DNA of 64,000 nucleotides, taken from contig JBHGNT010000021.1 in NCBI GenBank assembly GCA_043228905.1, forward strand, positions 12,896,001-12,960,000. Reading direction: 5' to 3'. This document shows, in pieces, positions 60,370 through 64,000 of the stretch. Numbering within the stretch: the stretch's first letter is position 1; every line of letters begins with the position of its first letter. The DNA is from Azolla caroliniana (taxonomy: Eukaryota; Plantae; Polypodiophyta). The position numbers were made by a program, and so were the translations under genes. A model generated the notes under the pieces. It saw only the letters and a list, made by a program, of their open reading frames with translations. It did not search any database and was not told the DNA's origin.

Positions 60370-62345
60370 GAAGCTATATTATCTTTTGAGCTACTTTCCT
60401 CACCATCTTCTAAAGCACGCATTTTATGATTCTGGCTTCCTTCAGCATCATATACGTCACTGGCATTAACATCGTCGATTGGAGTGTCATAATCACAATC
60501 GGTTCTAGACTATTCTAACCTACAGGGATGAATTATTCCCCTAGTTAAAAGGGAGAGAGCCTCTTGTGCAGCATAATCTCTGGCTATCTTCTTAACCCCT
60601 GCCTAGTCAGTATTTATGAACACTTCACTACCAAGCCACACTTCAAGCGTAGCTATTGACTTTGAACCATATCTTTCTACCTTCTTCCATTGGAATGGTA
60701 TTTGCCTTAATTTTCTCAAATCTTGAAGTTCTCTAATGGGATGAGGATACAAAGTCAAGGGTGTTACTAATGGAGATAAAAACCGTTCCATCACTCCATA
60801 CTTCTTCCAAATCGAATCCATTGTCCACTAATATTGCTCCAGCAATACTCTCAAAAATGTCTCCAAGAACTTTTGGACCTTCAACACCTTCCCAACCAAA
60901 CAAACACTCACCTGCTTTGTAGAGGCTTGAGTAGCCCTAACAAAATTTGTGATTGGGGAGAGCAACTTTGATCATGCATGACACAAATATCTCTAAAGGT
61001 TGTGTTTGATGATGGCTCGAGAAAAGCAATGGTTATTCACAGCTGTTGAACGACGGTCCGAGAAGACACCTAGAGAAAGGCCAAGGTGAGTAAAGAAACG
61101 ATGGCGCATGATGAGAAAATCAAGCACAACATCACCAAGGAATTCTAAGCATTGATAGCATCATCCTCCACGCAGATCATGATGTGAGGCATGGGTTAAT
61201 GCCTCAACAAGGAGTGATTTATTGCCAAATTCGTAGCCTAGTTACGCTTTTAGACCAGAGATATTCACTTTGTCCAAATCTATCTGATGAATATTGCATC
61301 TATTCCTTGCCATTTCATACCACAACAGGTCGAAATCTATCTCAAGGCCAATCCACTTCATAAAGCCCACTGCAGGGACTACTAAGGCTCCAATCAAAGC
61401 ATCTATTGCATTAGAAGTAGTTTTGAAGGAAATCCATCAATGCCCTTTACTACAACTCTTTCCAATTTTAAAAACTCTATTACTTTTTTCCTCTTGATGA
61501 AGTTCATTTTTCCAACATTAAAAATTCCCTAAGAAGCATTTGCATGGAATTGACTGAGCACAGAGCATTTCAGGAACATACCAATAATCAAGTTGGAATG
61601 GCTCATCTCGTATGTGTCCACTCAATTGCCTTTTCATAGCTAGATTATGAAGATTCTCATTACAGATTTGCCAACATCTCCTTGTCGTCAGTTGCCCTTT
61701 GTGTTTCTTATCAAATACAAGATAAAGATACCAGCTAGTTGCATATTTTAAGAAAGAATCACCCAGCAATTCCAATTCTTCAGATGCTGAGAACTCCAAG
61801 CAGCTCCGAGTCGTGAGAGCCTCCATCGCAAGTGAAGGCTGAATAAGAAAGCATTCAGGGAATTCTTTTGCAATCTTATTCCTCAACTCTGCAGCTGAAA
61901 TCAATGCATTGAACCGATGCATGACAGATGGTAAAAGATACAATGAGTGCACGACTGCAATTGATATCCCAGTCAACAAACACAATTTAGGTGGAATCTG
62001 TACACTGTAATTTTCCTTTGTTTCTTTCACCTTGTTCTTAGAAGGATCTTTTTCTGAGTAGGTTATGTATTCCATGACAGGTGATCATAGCCATACCTCG
62101 AACCATCTGATAGGATGCTGATTTATATGCCTTATGCAAGACATCTTTGCCATGACAAATATTCTTTTCATCTGAGGAAGCATTTGTATTTTGGTTTTGG
62201 TCACCATTACAAATAGCAAAAAGATCAGAGAATATACTTGCAGCCATTGCGGTGTTTCTTATAGCTTCCCAATCAATAGGTATAACATCAGATTGATCTG
62301 AAAGTTCCGTTAAACTCAACAAAAGCAGCATGGTATAAAATGCGT
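60370..62345 (-). pseudogene. DCL: Intronless Dicer-like (DCL2/DCL3-type) pseudogene: PAZ remnant, RNase IIIa, RNase IIIb, dsRBD
   Basis: EALTTRSCLE..LELLGDSFLKYA..KHKGQL..RR; LLVEALTHAS..YQCLEFLGDVVLDFLI; [19 protein letters not shown]; HPIRELQ. Stops and frameshifts present; no GT-AG introns seen. Confidence 0.9.
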
Positions 62346-62349
62346 CATT

Positions 62350-64000
62350 TTGGCCCGCAGCATGCTGCAAGAGAAGAACATGCCCAAGATCTATTGGGCA
62401 GAGGCAGCAGTTACAGATGTGTATCTCATCAATAGGTGCACGACCAAGGGTGTCCATGACATCACCCCTCACGAGAAGTATTTTGGGACAAAGCCAGACC
62501 TTTCACACTTGAAGGTTTTTGGCAACATTGCATTTGTGCATGTACCCGAAGAGAAGCGGAGAAAGCTTGACCCAAAATTGGAGAAGATGATCCTCGTCAG
62601 TTACTCACTTGAGAAAAAGGGTTATAAGTGTTTTAACCCCATCACTTGACAATAAAAGAGTAAGCCGAGATGTGGTATTTGATGAGGGGACATCATGGTA
62701 TGGCCCGGCATCAGTGACCCCTGTCGTGTTCGAAACAAGCAAATTTGGAGCAGATTCTAAGAGTGAAGAAGAAGAGATGTTGATGACCATTATGGGTGGA
62801 GAACCCGCAGAGAGTCTGCCCGCACTCCACCTGACTAGACCTGAGGTGTTGTCCAGCAATCAGAGTCTTCACAGCATGAAGAAACCTCTGATGTGGTGTC
62901 ACCTTGGTGCTACACCCGTAGAAAGAAAAAAAGGGCAAGAGGCCAAGGCACGACATCCGGTGAAGACTCAGATCATTCACCCCAATTGGTCGACAAGTAT
63001 GAAATGAAGAAGGCCCCGGTGGTTACCAAAGGAAAACTCCGTCAATCGAACCGACAAAAGAACCCGATAGGTGCAGGTACAATGAGTACATGGCGCACCA
63101 CTATGCATTCATGATGAAGGTCACAATAGACCAAGAACCCGAGACTTACAAAGAAGCTGCCCAAGATCCCTGTTGGATCGACGCAATGAGGGAGGATATG
63201 CGCACTTTGTTTGACAACGTTACTTGGGATTTAGTCCCATCCTCTGAAATGAAGAAAAAGCAAATTGGTTGCCGCTGGGTGTTCAAGATAAAGCATAATA
63301 CGGATGGCACGGTCAATCGGTTCAAGGCTCGGCTAGTCGCCAAGGGGTATGCTCAAACCCAAGGCATAGATTATGAGGAAACATTTACCCCAGTGGCAAA
63401 AATGACCGCCATGAGGATGGTAATTGCACTCGCAGCAACAAAAGGGTGGCACTTGCATCAAATGGATGTGAAGAACGCATTCCTCCAAGGTGAGCTCAAG
63501 GAGAAGGTTTACATGATGCAACCCCTTGGCTTCGAATCGAGCAGACATCCACATGTAGTTTGCCAATTGAAGAAGCCACTCTATGGACTGAAGTAAGCCC
63601 CAAGAGCATGGCATTCAAAGATCACATCATATCTTCACGACATTGGCTTCCAAATGTCAAAATCTGATAACTCGTTGTATATCCGGAACAATCCCAAAAG
63701 CCCTATCTTCTTAATCTTGTATGTCGATGACTTTGTCATCGGTGGAGAAAGCCTCACCGAGACACAAAAGATTAAAAAGCTGCTTTTACAGAAGTTCGAG
63801 ATCAAGGATCTAAATGACTTACATTATTTTCTCGGCATCAAGGTCATTCAAACTCCAGAAGGGTTTCTACTCTCACAACACTATGTGTTGAACTTGCCCT
63901 ACAAGTTCGGAATGACCAAGTGTAAGTCCATCTCGACACCCCTTGATCGAAATATGAAGCTAACTGCAGATTCTGGCAAATTTTGCGAGCCGACACAATA
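62350..64000 (+). mobile_element. Copia integrase C-terminus and RT (degenerate), runs off the window
   Basis: ARSML..YWAEAA, SHLKVFG, RFKARLVAKGY, HQMDVKNAFL and YVDD; same family as 26036-28652 (HYAFMMKV). Confidence 0.92.

Overview
Repeat-rich nuclear DNA from a land plant. The LTR families and a DCL2/3-like fragment suggest a non-seed plant such as a fern, lycophyte or bryophyte; this is inference. About two thirds of the window is nested transposable elements: a self-priming chromovirus-like LTR at the left edge; three decayed copies plus a solo LTR of a GC-rich Ty3/gypsy family; a three-level Ty1/copia nest that includes one intact element with apparently identical LTRs (15219-20503); further copia fragments; a LINE; MITE-like foldbacks; and a ~10 kb Mutator element carrying a Ulp1 protease, interrupted by a gypsy derivative with a ~920-codon extra ORF. 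I found no intact host protein gene, only remnants (UBP26, Dicer-like, a possible PPR, 25S rDNA). The most interesting part is the TE-poor island at 33-45 kb. It holds a complete U6 snRNA gene, a U6 copy lacking both hairpins, two paralogous unannotated ~95-nt box C/D-like RNA genes behind U6-type USE+TATA promoters, each with GGAGA/hairpin motifs downstream, and a ~320-nt near-perfect hairpin. All calls were made by eye; no database searches or folding were run.
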